Assembly (NCBI GenBank): GCA_010405405.1 | Contig: MU004234.1 | Span: 416,993 to 480,992 of the forward strand | Reading direction: 5' to 3' | DNA: 64,000 nucleotides | Origin: Microthyrium microscopicum | Taxonomy: Eukaryota | Shown here: positions 1-13,402 of the stretch, in pieces | Layout of the letters: every line of letters starts with the position of its first letter | How positions within the stretch are numbered: the first letter of the stretch is position 1 | Translations under genes and position numbers: made by a program | The notes under the pieces: generated by a model | What the model was told of the DNA's origin: nothing | Database searches by the model: none | The model's input: only the letters and a program-made list of their open reading frames with translations

Positions 1-68
1 AGAGTTTAGAGAGGTTAAGAGTTTAGAGAGGTTAAGAGTTTAGAGAGGTTAAGAGTTTAGAGAGGTCA
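1..68. repeat. Tandem repeat, 17-bp unit AGAGTTTAGAGAGGTTA x4 (runs off the window edge)
   Basis: Four consecutive copies visible, the last with one T>C change. It lies in TpA-rich sequence, probably inside a RIP-mutated element. Confidence 0.9.
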
Positions 69-161
69 AAAGGGATTTAGAAGGGATTAGAAAGGTTATT
101 TATCTTGTTTTAGATTAGAAGAGCTTCACCAAAGCTCACGTATGATAAGAAGAGGGGATTG

Positions 162-297
162 TGTCATGGGAACTAAACCCTAACCCTAAGTACGAACCAT
201 ATAGCCTATACCCCTAGAGGACATATCCTCTACTAGAGTAGCAGTAGAACAAACCTTAAAGTTTGTTTCTTAATCATATCACCATACTGCTACCACA
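162..297 (+). mobile_element. Putative 3' LTR of an LTR retrotransposon whose body lies left of the window
   Basis: A purine tract (AAGAAGAGGGGA, about 147-158) precedes TGTCATGG..., and the segment ends ...TACCACA (TG...CA). The sequence is TpA-rich, and the neighbouring gene's reading frame stops just inside it. Confidence 0.5.
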
Positions 298-969
298 TTA
301 GCTCCGTGACCGTGACACTATCCTCCTGATCGCTATTACTCATGTTTGAGACTTCATCGTCTTGAAGTTGCAACAACTCTTCCAGCCCACTACTTTTACG
401 TCGACTAAAATCATCCTCATCCTTTGGAGATGGCACTTCAGTTAGGTCGATAAGATCGACAAAATCCGATTCGTGGTGAAGATCTTCAGGCAATAGAGTA
501 CTGCAAGTGTGAGCTTCATGGTCGATATACACCTATAAGAAACATACTTTGATAACACGCCAGAAGCAATTTTCAGTCCAGTGAGGCTAGAGTGAAGTTG
601 CTTGAACTCCATATCCCCATATATCGAAGAATTCGAATCGAACAAATCATTTCGTGTCTCAAAGTCGGCAATCGTCTGTCTTATATGGCCGAGGACTAGT
701 TGGCATGCTTTCAGAAGCGTGTACGTCTGTTTGGCCAACCGCGTTGGAACATCCTGTCCCGTAGACTTGAGATCATGCGTTAATGTTTGCAAGAACAGGT
801 GCAACGAGACCACTTCTTTGAGAACCGCGTTAATATCTCTTCTGGATTCCGGAACGACACAAGCAAATGTAAAAAGTGAGGTTTGAATGCTTTGAACGGC
901 CTCGACAATTCCAGAGGCCTCGATCGACAGCCCAACAGAAGTCAAGTCTGGCTCGCCCGAGGAAGCCAT
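290..969 (-). pseudogene. Fungal HeLo-like/STAND N-terminal domain protein, apparently truncated by the adjacent element
   Basis: LSIEASGIVEAVQSIQTSLFTFACVVPESRRDINAVLKEVVSL resembles Helo_like_N domains. One in-phase intron (GTATGT...CTCAC...CAG) leads to an acidic exon, and the stop codon falls within the putative LTR. Confidence 0.55.
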
Positions 970-1594
970 GTTGTGTTGTCAACTTGTCATTGATTTCAAA
1001 CAAACCCTTCGATTTGGTGATAGGCGAAGAACGGGTCAAGTCCTTGGGAAGTTGCGATCTCTGGCTGTGCATGAGCTTTACATGTCTAGAAATCGTCCCA
1101 GATCTCTCAACGTTCGGACTAAAAGGTATGAGGGGCCTCTAATCGTGGCGCATGCTGGATGACCTGTAATTGGCCATGCTTCAACTTCCACATTGTGATA
1201 TCTGAAGCCAGTTCTAAGCCCATCCTGGTAAAGGCCAATTCGAGAGTTCTTCGCTCAGCGAGAAAAGAAATATCAAGGAACATCCAGTCATTCTTAGGAT
1301 TTGTGCAGAACTGCCTATCGCAAGCGGCAAGACTCGGAGAGCACTTCAAGTTGGAGAAGAGATCAAGTATAGATTGATTAGATCTTCTGACAGTTTTTAT
1401 CTCCGTGATCTCCGAAGTATACTCGAAAAGTCAAACATCCAAACAATTTTTTAACAACTTGTTTGCGGTGGCTCCGGAATTGCCTCCTCAGTATCTGAGC
1501 ACTCCATATAACTTCCGACCTTTCCAACGCATCCCCAAGATTCCATCTGCCACAAATCCTCATTCGCAACCTCGCCGTCTCCCGCACCGCAAAT

Positions 1595-3066
1595 ATGGAT
1601 GACGACCTCTATGGTACCACTCTTCACACTTCCGATGATTATAGACTACTAAGCTAATGATATCTAGAGGTTCTAGGCGTGTCCAGCACAGCAACAAAAG
1701 TCGAGATAAAAAAAGCATACCACAAAGTCCGCTACTTCCCAACCAAACCACCAACAGCCCCATCTAACAACCCTCTAGGCCGCCCTATCCTCCCACCCCG
1801 ACAAAGTCCCCGAATCAGACCGCGAAACTGCCGAAATCCGCTTCAAATCCGTCTCCCGCGCCTACGAAATCCTCAATGATGAAGACACCCGGCACCTCTA
1901 CGACACGCATGGCATGTCCGCCTTCAACGGGCCCGGCGGCCCGGGAGCTGCCGGAGGCTTCGATCCCAACGATATAAACGCCATGTTCGAAAGTATGTTC
2001 TCAGGAGGTGGAGGAGCACAATTTCCATTTGCGGGGGCGGGTGGAGGCATGTTCTTTGATCCTAGTGAGATGGGCGGTATGGGTGGTGGAGGAGGCGCGC
2101 AGGGGAAGAAGAGGAGAAAGGGGGTTAGTGAGGAGCAGGATTATGAGGTTACGCTGGAGGAGTTGTATAAGGGGAAGACTACGAAGTTTGCTAGTACGAA
2201 GAAGGTTATTTGCGGGCATTGTAAGGGGTCGGGAGGCAAGGAGAAGGCTAAGACTACTGCTTGTGCGACATGCCGTGGGAAAGGTATGTCCTCAGAACCG
2301 ATTCTGGGGTTATCATGTGTTGACGATTCTAGGTGTCGTTCGAGCGACTGTGTCTTTGGGAGGTGGCTTGATAACTCAGCAAACGCATGAGTGTAACAGC
2401 TGCCATGGAACGGGCCAGGTCTTCAAAGACAAGGACAAGTGCAAAAAATGCAAAGGCGAACGAACAATATCACAAAAGAAATATCTCGAACTATACATCC
2501 CTCCAGGAGCCCGGAATGGCGAGCAAGTCATCCTCAGTGGTGAGGCTGACCAAAAGCCTGAAGATATGGAACCAGGAGATTTGGTATTCACACTACAAGA
2601 ACAAGAGCACGAAGTGTTTACACGGAAAGGAAATGATCTCGGCGCAGAAATGGAAGTGACATTGGCAGAAGCACTGACTGGCCTAAACCGGATAGTCCTT
2701 ACGTCTCTTGATGGACGGGGCATATCTGTTAACACAAAATCCTCTGGCAGCAAGATATTACGACCTGGAGATGTTTTGAAAGTCAAAGGAGAAGGCATGC
2801 CAATCAAGAAGACCGATCATCGTGGAGATTTATTTTTGAAAGTCACGGTCAAATTTCCAGACGATGACTGGCTTCAAGAACAGAAAGCCGTCGAGTCGAT
2901 AAAGAAGGCGCTTCCTGGACCTGGACCTCCGCTCAAAGCTGAGATTGTGGACGAAGTCGAATTCGAAAAGGCTGACCTGGAAGAGTTTGGTGGCGAGGAA
3001 GCAGAACAAGAATGGGAAGATGATGAAGACGAGCATATGAATCAACCTCAATGTGCGACGCAATAG
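1595..3066 (+). CDS. Type I Hsp40/DnaJ co-chaperone (Ydj1/Xdj1/Mas5 family), 4 exons
   Basis: Spliced J-domain MDDDLYEVLGV...KAYHK|AALSSHPDK (HPD motif), a G/F-rich region, CxxCxGxG zinc repeats and a C-terminal CaaX (CATQ). Confidence 0.95.
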
Positions 3067-3702
3067 ATTTGGTTCGAAGCGATAATTTGAATAGCTCTTA
3101 GAGGGATCACTAATGCTCAGCCTTGAAAATGGCGGTTTTGCAGTGGGAAGATATACGAGATTGATGAAGCCAGTTGAGTTTCTCTCAGATGTCTTCACGA
3201 GTTCTCGAGGTGACAATGATATAGAGGCATATCATTCTGAATGCTGCAGAATCACCTCGAAGCAAGGCTCAGGGACATTCACTGTACGTTTGTATTCATG
3301 ATCAATGGCTTAATGACACAATAGATAGATGAATACTCCTCTCAGCATTTGATTGCCAGCAATCTGACCTCAACCACCTCAAGAACACTACTCCTCCTAT
3401 TCTCTGCCCTAAACAGCTGTGATCGTCTTTCCTATAACTACCGGTATAGAACCAGACTCCTTCCCAAACAAGTAATCGCGAATCCTCAAATTTGGCTCAA
3501 CCAGCCTATTGTTTGGTACCACAATAGAATCTGATCTCTATATAAATATTTTGCTTACCCACAACTTCGACTTCTTTTCATCCAGATCAATTCTATAATT
3601 TACATACCATCAAGCACATCAGGCCTGTTACCACTCAATATAGCCAACATCACCACCAAAAACATCAACACATTCTCTACTACCAAAACCGCCAACACCA
3701 CC

Positions 3703-4415
3703 ATGCCTCGATCAAAATATATCGGTAGCCAAGCCCAGGCAAGAGCTGAACAGTGCCACCCATATAAGCCAACAAAACCCGTCGCCAGCCAAACCCAAGC
3801 CAAGAAGGCACAGAAGCAACAGCCAGCGCAACTCGCAACACCACCAACATCGTCCCCTCTGCTTCCCCCCTCGCCACCAATCGAACCAACTACAGCCATC
3901 GAAGCTTCTTCCGCCGCTCCTTCCTCCCCCGAGCCAATTTCAACCAAAAAGCCACTCACTGTTCAAGCCTGCCTATCCCGTCTAGGCTACCTAAACTCCC
4001 AAATCCATCCGACCCTCCTCGCTATACCAACACATACCTTCCTAACCCTGGGAGCAGCCCGTGTCGCCGCGTTAGAAGCCGCGCTCACCGCATATAAGAC
4101 GGCACGACGATTAGGTATAGGCAGTGACGGCGAGGCGCTGGAGAAGGCGTTTCGAGAAGTGGAGGATCTGTGGTGGATGGTAAGTGAATTCCTGTGTGTG
4201 ATTACTGAGAAGGGAAGGTTGCTAATGAGTGGATGTAGCGAGAGCCTGCGGTGAAGGACGAGGAGGAAGTGGAGAGTGAGGAGTGGTGGGCAACTAGTGA
4301 TGATGATGGAGAAGAAGAGGAGGAGGAGAGTGTAAAGAAGGAGGTTGCGGAGGACATGGTGGCGGATGTTGAGGAGAGTAGTAGCGAGGAGGAGTCGTCG
4401 AGTGAGGATGAATGA
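3703..4415 (+). CDS. Hypothetical protein with a Pro/Ser-rich N-terminus and a highly acidic C-terminal exon
   Basis: 183-aa ORF with an intron (GTAAGT...GCTAAT...TAG, about 4180-4238) that splices in frame to REPAVKDEEEVESEEWW...SSSEDE*. TATAAA lies at 3541. Confidence 0.65.
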
Positions 4416-5034
4416 GTTCGAGCGGCTGCATTGAGAAGGAAGATGGCGGTTGATTTATTTGGTTCTTATTGGAAAGCGAGATGAAGGATAGCCATGTACC
4501 CAACGGTCTATAGATATAAACACTTGCCACAACGAGAAAGGATTTTGGCGTATTGGTCTTATGGAATAGCAGTTCTACCAAACGTAAGCAAACAGCATAC
4601 AACCAATCTCCATACTCGTACACACCTACCATAAAGACATCTACGAAATCAACAAGGAAAGGGATGATTTCATATTAATAACTTCATTCAGTACGAATCT
4701 ACATAACAGCTTGCAGCAAAACAGAGAACATTGAACACCGATAATGCATGGACCATCAATTTGAATGCCCAGACTTCCTAAACACGAGAGGATACCCAAT
4801 GCCACGCAAACAAATGCTTGTAGAACCACATCTTCCGTTCGCACAAAGATCGAGAGAACAGAAAAACATGTATCATTAAAGAAAGTCGCACTAGTCATTA
4901 GAGATGTGAGTGAGGAGAATGGGGTAGGGTGAACGGCGAATGTGTGTTACTTTTTCGGGTATGAAGCGATGATCGTCTATAAATAACGTTCTTGTTGTTT
5001 TTGAATTGAGCTGAAAAGGTGTGGAAATGGTCGT

Positions 5035-8000
5035 CTATGACAGATGGAACGCGCCTTGTCCCTCCTTCATGGCTACGCCAAGTTTTTTTCGCATGACGTC
5101 GAGGTCAGTATAGTCGGGTAGTTTGAGGTAGTTGACACAGGTCATGACGGAGGGAAGATAGTCGTCCGAGCTATATGGCGCCTCGCTGGGTTTGCAGACG
5201 ACAGTAAACATGGGAGTGAGACATTTAAAACCTAGAAAATAATTAGCTTTGCTATATAATAAATTTGTAGGAGGGTAAGCTTACCGCCAATAGGCAGTTT
5301 TGGACTACCAGTAACAAACTGTAGGAAATCGCGACGGTCGATGGCAGAAAGCTCGCTCATGACTTGCAGCAAGTTACGTACACTCTTGCTATCCAAGTTG
5401 TAGCCGTGATCAGCCTTGATAGAATCCATCAGAGCTATAGAAAATTAGTATGGTATAGAAGAAGCGAAGGAATGAAACTTACTTTCGAGAGACCAATCCT
5501 CTTCAACTCGTCCGAATAGCATCACAAGCTCATCGGGTGTGAAGGCTTCCATCGCAGCGTAGGGGAAGACAGTAGAGAAACCCTCCTGGAATGCCTCTAG
5601 TTGTCTACGCACTCCAATGCCGAGAGTAAAGTCCATGACTTTGTCAACGTACTCGCCCAAATTTTCAATGGTGACAGTCTCATCTGAGCCATTAGTCTTC
5701 AGCTCGATCTCAGGATAACCAGGCAAGGTGAAGTCCAGAGACAAGTCTTCCACGGATGCACCACTAACAGTGATCTCTGAAATCTTTGTATATTTTTCCT
5801 TGGCCGACAAGTTTTCATCAGACTCGATAGATTTCTTCTGGGCTGCAGCCTTCTTCAGTGGCCGTAGAGATCGAGCGAGACTCTCGTCGACTGACTCCAC
5901 GGCACCGAGAGACGGTGAGATTGCATTAGTCGAGGACCCAACACGGAAGAAAGTGGGGCTAAAGGAAATGTCGATGATTCGAGAGTCCAGCATTGAGCGA
6001 GCAACAAATTTGCCCATAATCTTGAATAAACTGAGTGTCTTCTTGCCATTGTCAGATTTTGCGAACGTCTCGCTCATGGGCGCAGGAAACAAGCCACGAG
6101 CACCAAATGCGTACTCGCTGTCTTCGCTGTCATCATTGAGTCGCCAAAGACGAAGCTTCTTCTTGGAAAATTCTTTGGACACGGTGGCATAGAACTCCAA
6201 AGTCGGACCAAGGCCAGTGCCGACCTCGTCAAAGAATTCGACTTCAAGAATTGGAGCGGCCTGACCATACATGTCCATAACTTTGAGGGCAGATTCGAGC
6301 ATGCGAGCGCGTGAAATTCGCACTTTTTGGCGTTGAAGGCGACCAAGGAAATGTCGTTCCTCACGAAGCCTACCATTACGTGAATCGCTAGATGACTGAT
6401 CGTTCTGCCATCGAGTCATCGAGCGAGCAAACCCGAAGGATGTAGACTGTAGGAATAGATGACGCGTCTCAAATGGGAACAGAAATGGGTAGAGGCGAGC
6501 CAAGTCTTCACTCCAGGTAGGCAAGCATCCGCTAGCAACAATAAGTGGTTCTTCAAGTTGACGGTTCAGTTTGGCGGTTAGCTTTGTGTTTACAAACTGC
6601 GACAACGGCTCTGCGACGAGTTTGGCAGCGTCCTTATCTTCAGCCACAACATCGTCAATATGAGAGTTAAGGCCGTGCAGAAGGCTGAGAAGACGAAGGA
6701 TCGACGCTGTAGTTGGGTTGCGAGACAAGGACTCTGGCAGTCCCTCTTGGGGAACTTGGCGAGCTTGAATCAGAGAGAAGAGGTTCCCAGAATCAGCTGG
6801 TGGTGGCCCGTCGACCTTTTTGAACTTGAGTGTGTGCATGTTTTGTAGTAAGCTTCTAGCTGAAACTTCGTTGGTGTCCTGACTAAAGTGAACAACGCGA
6901 TATATGGTGGTCTCAAGACTAATAGGTTGGCCATTGATAGTGAACTCGAGGTGCCAATCTTGAGGTACGGAGGACGCTGCGGTAGCATAAGACAAGGCTC
7001 GAGTAGAAGGCATTGGTCGAGCGGCCGGTACTGGTTTGGGTGTTGACACCGAACGCGAGGCTTTTTGTGTTGATACCGGAGTAGCTACTCGCGTACCATC
7101 TTCTCGTCTAGCTGTAAGTTTTCCAGCTTCAACTTCCATATTGACGGCCGATGGCTCCTCTTCAGTATCCATTGCTTCTGCGTCTTCTAAAGCATCCATA
7201 ATCTCATTGAGAGCCTCTTTGTTGGGCGTCTGAACTCCGGATGAGATTTGTGTTTCATCTGCGCATTCGATCGGCTCTTCCTCATCTTCCTCGCCATTTG
7301 GAACTGGAAGCTCGGGCGGTGGAATGGGGGAGGCCTGGTTACGCCGGCTTCGTCGAAGGCTCGGCGGTGCAGGCGGAGGAGCCGCTGAGCTGCCGCCATG
7401 TCGTCTAGAGGAACTACCAGCTGGAGCTTTTGGAGGTTTGGACTTGTCTGAGCGCTCCACACGATCCGAGCGCTTGGGCATACCACGACTGCTAAGCTCA
7501 CCAGGAAGAGGAATTGGTGGGAAAGGTGAACCTCGGTCCCCACGATTCATATCACCACGAGCCATCGCTGCAGCATAGGCTGCAAAGGCATGCGGAAGGC
7601 CTTCTCGACGAACTCGGGCAAGACGCTCAGCAGTGCGATCAGGTATAGTGAGACGATTGCGTAGGAACTCAGCAATGGACTTGACGTTTGCCAGCGCATG
7701 AACTGTGACCATGGTGGTACGAAAGTGCTCAGGGAAACCAGAGCTCTCGTCAGCGACAAGCTTGAGACGTACTTGCTTAGCGAGCATGCTTGCAGAGTTG
7801 CTACGACCGTTGTCGTACGAGTTGTGATGGACTGTCATGACTTCAAAATGCTCTTCGCGACTAAGAAGATCTTGGAGCTTGTGCACAAACATGCTGAAAG
7901 GAGTTGCGGGTGATGCAGAATTCGCGGAAACACTTTTTGTCTGGGTCCCTTCACCCATGAAGGCTTGGAGAAAGCAAAGGCGAGCCTCAAATGAATGAGG

Positions 8001-10769
8001 ACTCGTTTCCGAAATGACATCTAAAAGTGTGTCTACAATCTTGGAGCTCAACAGCTCGTAGCTGGTAACACTTGCGAGCGCATCGGTGCTAAAATAAGTC
8101 GCCAGCTTCTTGAATTGAGTCAGGCCACTAGTGAAATCTTGATTGGCAAAGGAGTCTGAGATTCCCTGAGTGAGAGTCTCAAGCCCAGTTAGCATCTCAG
8201 CCGCCTGTGTGCGAATGATTGATCCTTCATCATTGTCGTAAAGTTCCATAAACTTTTTAGCACGATTGGTGATCGTATCCTCAGGGTCAGGCATGGATTG
8301 TCGACGGCGAAGATTAGCGTTGTACTCCTCCTCCGATGAACTATCCGAGCTCGGTTCGCTATCACGCTCTCGTTCAATGATTTGATGAGCTGCTTCATCC
8401 TCGTCATCTTCATTCTCATCCTCTTGATCTTCATTCTCGTCTGCATCCTCTTCATTTTCGTCTTCATCCTCATCCCCATCGTCCTCTTCTTCATGATCTT
8501 CATCGTGACCATCATGAAACTCCATTTCCATGTCTCCAATGGTATCATTGGCTCCGCTTTCACTATCACGGCTAGGACTAGTGGATTCCGGAAGGTCAAT
8601 AGGAGGAACTGGATGAGAAGGTGGGACTGGGATGACCTCTGGCTGAATTTTCAAAGGACGATCGGCCAGCTTGCCGATCTCAGCAAAGACGCCTTCACGA
8701 TAGAATTGATATCGATAGATACCTTCCAGTCGCTTGAGCAAAACTTCGGCAGCTTGAAGAGCATACGTGACCAATGAAGGGTGATCTCCCTGCGACAGTA
8801 TTGTTGCCAGGAATGACGAATAGCTCACGCTCTCAAGCGCTTCTTTCAATATCTCGATATCAATGTTGGATATCATTTTGAGTTGAGCTGTCAGGACCTT
8901 CTGGCGGACACTGAGATTGACAGTGCTCGAGTACGCATCCGTCAGAGTTGGGAAGAGAATGATCGTGAATCTACGTAGCTCTTTGGTGCATTCCTTTAGT
9001 AGCTCTGCGCGCTTTTCGTTTCCAGCTTTCTTTGAAAGACGTATGAGCGAAACGGCCTCGGTATCTGGAAATCCTGCATCGAACAAGCCATCAAGGTAAT
9101 GAAGACCTTCGTTAGTAACGTTAGGCAGTAGTTCGCAAATGACGTTGAGTGTCTCGAAGACTTGGTCGCGAGGTCGATGTATTAAAGCCTGCATGATCAT
9201 GACTTTGTCAATTTTGGTAGCCATTTCACTCGACTCGGATGGCGGCGAAACACCTGTGAGAATTTGATATAGAGTATCGACCACATCCATCTTAATCAAC
9301 GCCACGGAACGTCTTGAGCTGGCACGAGCTGTGTACGCCAATACTTTCAAAAATGAAGTATGGATTTTTGGGCCGATCAGGTTGGTGGTACCAGGTACTA
9401 ATAAACGGATAATGGATTTCAAGAGATCTTCGCTGACCAATTCTTCCAATCGAGCATCTTGATACTTGAAGCTTTCGACGATTCGGGAGACACAGAGACA
9501 TCCTTGCTCCAGCACCTTCTGATCGCTGCTATTCAAGACTTGCTGTAGAATTGGCATAACGTCTCGGACAGTGGGAAAGGATTCTTCTGCGATATTGCGG
9601 CAGCAATTTGCTGCTGTCGTGACTGCAGTGCGCTGAGTGCTAGTAGCAAAGAAGTCGAGGTATGTTAGACAGGCAGTGAGACCACCCTCGCGGACAATAA
9701 CAGCAGGGAACTCCACTGAAATTTTTTCAAGCGTGCTGAGTGCCTGTTCAGCAAGATCAATGTAGTGAATCTCTAGCAATTTTTGACAGAGAATTGGAAC
9801 GGCTCCACCGTAGACGATAGTTGACGTTGACGAAGGCAGAGCTTCCATCATGTTTGCAATGCAACGGCAAGCCATTAACATCATCTCGGGGTTTTCTTCT
9901 CCGAATTCGTTTGCCTGCATGAGCGGAATAAGCTCACGAATATACGGTTCAGGAGCAAAATGGCCGGCCAGAGTATCTTCGTTGGCCATGAGCAGTGTTT
10001 GCGCAAGTTCTTCAAGAGCCAATCGCTGAAGCGTTGGATCATCGCGTGAGCGAAGATTTTCCAGAATTTGCCGAAGTTCTGTCATGGTTCGTGATATGGC
10101 CCCATGAATATGACGCATTGTCGACTCAAATCTAGAAGCTCCACTAGTTGTTGCCCATGGACGCCCCAGGTCATCGTCTTGATCCATCTCATCTGTTGGC
10201 GGCGCTCGAGGTCGTCCTTCTTCTTGATTGCCATCGGTTTCAGAAGCAACAGAGTCCTCGCTCTCTACCACGTCATCCGGCACAGCCTTGTCGGTGTTCT
10301 CGCGTTTCGAAGGAGTGGACTTGTTGACAGTGGCGGTTTTTCGAGCACTTCTAGAGGGAAGAACTGAGGATGATGAGCTTGCTGGGACCTCGCCAGCTCC
10401 CTTTTTTCGGTTCGATTTTCGCTTAGAATTTGTTGACTCTGGCAGTGGTACGTTGCTAGGCGCTGGCTCGTCCGACGGGGCAGATGAGTTGTGAGAATCA
10501 GACATATCAATCGGTGCTCTACTCTTGCGACGAGACTTTGGCGGTTCGACCGGTGGAGCAGGCGGAGCGAATTCTGATTTGCTGCTGCTCTTTGTGCGTT
10601 TACGCTTGGTGGTTTGAGGAGGAGCAGCGGCTAGATCGGCACTCGGAGATGCCTTACGTTTACGAGATGGCGGGCCGGGGGGTGGAGGTGGAGGGTTCGG
10701 TGTAGAATTGGAGTTGGTGGAGGCTGCTGAAGTATTTCTCGCTGAAGAGCGAGTTACTCTGGAAGACAT
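5035..10769 (-). CDS. UFD4: HECT E3 ubiquitin ligase, Ufd4/TRIP12 family
   Basis: 1774-aa first exon with an ARM-like region (LAEQALSTLEKIS) and a HECT domain (EVGTGLGPTLEFY). Two 3' introns lead to LPSVMTCVNYLKLP...EGQGAFHLS* (catalytic Cys). Confidence 0.95.
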
Positions 10770-11821
10770 AAGAAAGTGTGACTAGAGGTTGGCTGGGTGT
10801 TCTGGAGTTGGAAAAGTTCAGGACGTGTCCGAAGCAGGGAGAACTTGACACTAATAACAGAAAATTGGGTAAGACGCCGCTAAGAGAATAGACTCAGCAG
10901 GCAATAAAGAAAGTAGGTCGTACCTAGCAAAAGGAGAAGTGACTGAGCCCAGGTGATGAGAATTGCGCTTGTCCATGCCACAGCACTTAGCAATTCGCCA
11001 TGGGCCCTCGTAGAGAGGCCACGCTTGTTGATATAGACCCAATGAGGAGGAAGTAGATGCTATCAAGAGTTGTGAAGCAAGCTTGAGTCACTGAAGGCAG
11101 CGTGAAGGAGCAAAGATTGTCAGATCGGTTGGCAGCTGACTATCGTACAGGGCGATTGACTTTGAGAAGAGGGCCAATAAGTGCTATTTAGAGCAGATGA
11201 AAGAGTAGAGAGTGTGCTGAAAAGCCTTTGGAAGACGATGGCAAGGCTCGCACAATGGCGCTACAGGCGGGAGAGCGGAGGGGATGTAGAAGATGGGTTA
11301 GCGGAGAAGGTTGGTACGGCGGCGAGCGGGATGTTGGCAGTATGTATATGGTATTTGAGCGGATGACGGGCAAATGGATGATTTTAAAGTGTGTTGTAAG
11401 GGAGGAGTGAGTTGGTGACAGAAAGAAGTGATGGTGCTGGAGTTGAGGTTGAAGATGAGCCAAGGCTAGCTGTTGGCTGCTGGCTGGCAGGAGCGGTTGG
11501 AGGGCTGGCGCTTGGACCTTGAGCCGTTTCTATCATTTTGTGGCGGGGCATATCAAACGCCACATAAGGTATCTTACGACACTGGCCAAAAGCATCTCAA
11601 CACTGCTGTATTCTTTCACCTCGAAGCTTTAACACTGAAAGAAGAATTTAGTAGGATACAGCGCTTCTTGACCGCCACTACGGCCTTTTTCTTACGCTAG
11701 GCAACTTTGTCAAGCTCAGCTTAAACAACAGCCGCGAAGACTACCGTAAAGCACTCTCGTTTGGGTTCATTCCCCTTCCAAAAAGACATACAATAACATC
11801 ATTATTGGAACAGGCATCGTC

Positions 11822-12954
11822 TTACTTCCAAGTATCTTCGCGCTGTGTGGCCCACTGCCGTAGTAACTGTGATGGTCTGTCTAACAGATCCTCTAGCGTA
11901 CAACCGCCCAGTCGTTCTTCAGATCCATTCGCAGTACCAGCGTCCAAATCTGCGAGCAGCGAAGCAAGCTCTTCAGGTAGTCCCTGATCTATGTGCCGCT
12001 GCTTCATCTGCTCTGGCGATAGCTTGACATGCTCGATATGGCGATTCAGTATATCACTGAACATGCCAGCTACCTGGTACAGTTAGTCTTGTGTTCCATT
12101 CAGCCAACCCCATGATGGTCAGCAACTACGCCGTATTTCATCAAATGCATGGAGTCTCTGGTACCAGTATATTGAATCAGGTGCCAAAGCATTCGTGTCC
12201 CGTACACAGATTACGGTTCAAGTGAAACAAGTTCATCGAGCTTGTAACCCAAAACACTGCAACTTACCTCATCATAGGACAAAAGCTCTGGTCCAGTAAG
12301 CTTGTATGTAACTTTTGTTGGCGTGAACTCCCCAGAAAGAATACTGAAAGCAACTCTCGCAATATCGATTGTGCTTATGAATGGAATTCGGCCGTTTCCT
12401 GCTGCGGTGTATATTTTCCCTTCTGTTTTCAAGCAATCAACAAAGCTAGATTCGGCAAAGTTCTCTGTCGATTCTACTATAAGCAGTTATTTCCAACACG
12501 GGTCAAGAAAGAGCCTACCCATGAACCAGGTTGGTCTCAACGCATAGTATTGGACTCCCATATCTTTCAGTCGCCGCCATGTATTGTTCACATATTCTTC
12601 ACTCATCTCAGCATAGCTTCCAGTCAGCTGAACGACGCATTCAATGCTGCCGTGCTTTACAGCATAATCAATGAACCTGTCTAGAGCCTGAAGCGCCCCG
12701 TCTCCTTCCGGCGCTACAAGAAAAAGTCCAGTGACTGCATTGTTCTTCTCGTGCGCACTGTCGAAGGCATTACGAAAGGTCGTCTTGTCATACATATCAA
12801 AGTTGGCAGTCATGTTGACTAGGTTTTTGGGACTTGATTCTGATCCTCGACGCGAGGTAAGTAGGAAAGGAATGTCAGCTTCTTTCAAGAGCGTAACCAG
12901 CTGACTGCCGGTCTTTCCAGTTCCACCAGTAACGATTATTGATCCATTGACCAT
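11822..12954 (-). CDS. NmrA-like NAD(P)-binding reductase, EasG/agroclavine-dehydrogenase-like, 3 exons
   Basis: IIVTGGTGKTG Rossmann motif, LRPTWFM|ENF, IYTAAGNGRIPFISTIDIA, and LTGPELLSYDE|VAGMFSDILNR. Confidence 0.85.
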
Positions 12955-13402
12955 GGCAGAGAGTTTTCGATAGTATAGGACCGGTTTTGGAGGGTCTGTC
13001 TGTTCAATGGCGCCAATATAAGTTGTGGTGCAGGTCAGTAAAAACCCTATCAACAATCCGACCAAACCAAGTCTACTTGATCCTTGTCATGCAGATCTAG
13101 ATCCCGCTGATCCGGGCCGCCGGCTTGAACCTCAATTTACACACCACAGCTTACCAGTAACCAACAGGACTCTTGGTACTTACACATGAGTCCTGGATCA
13201 TACGGATGAATCGATTACGATTTGAACTCAAGTAGTCTATCAGAGGCCTATCAAAGAGTTACCAAGACCTCTAAAGCTTGCTGATTATCATATGAAGTCA
13301 TGTTCTTTCCCTATCTAGGATGTGCTAGAGCTTCAGATCCAAAAGAGGGCCGAGTTGGCAAACAAAGTGGCCGGAGAACCGAATCTACGTGGCCGAACAA
13401 CA

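Noticed and set aside
1..68. Short direct repeats as a CRISPR array
   Set aside because: Head-to-tail repeats with no spacers, in a eukaryotic context.
174..189. Telomere-like TAAACCCTAACCCTAA
   Set aside because: Only about two units, embedded in a putative LTR; not a telomere.
5728..10705. Many antisense or alternative-frame ORFs over UFD4 (likewise over other long genes)
   Set aside because: Shadow ORFs of real coding sequence with no independent motifs.
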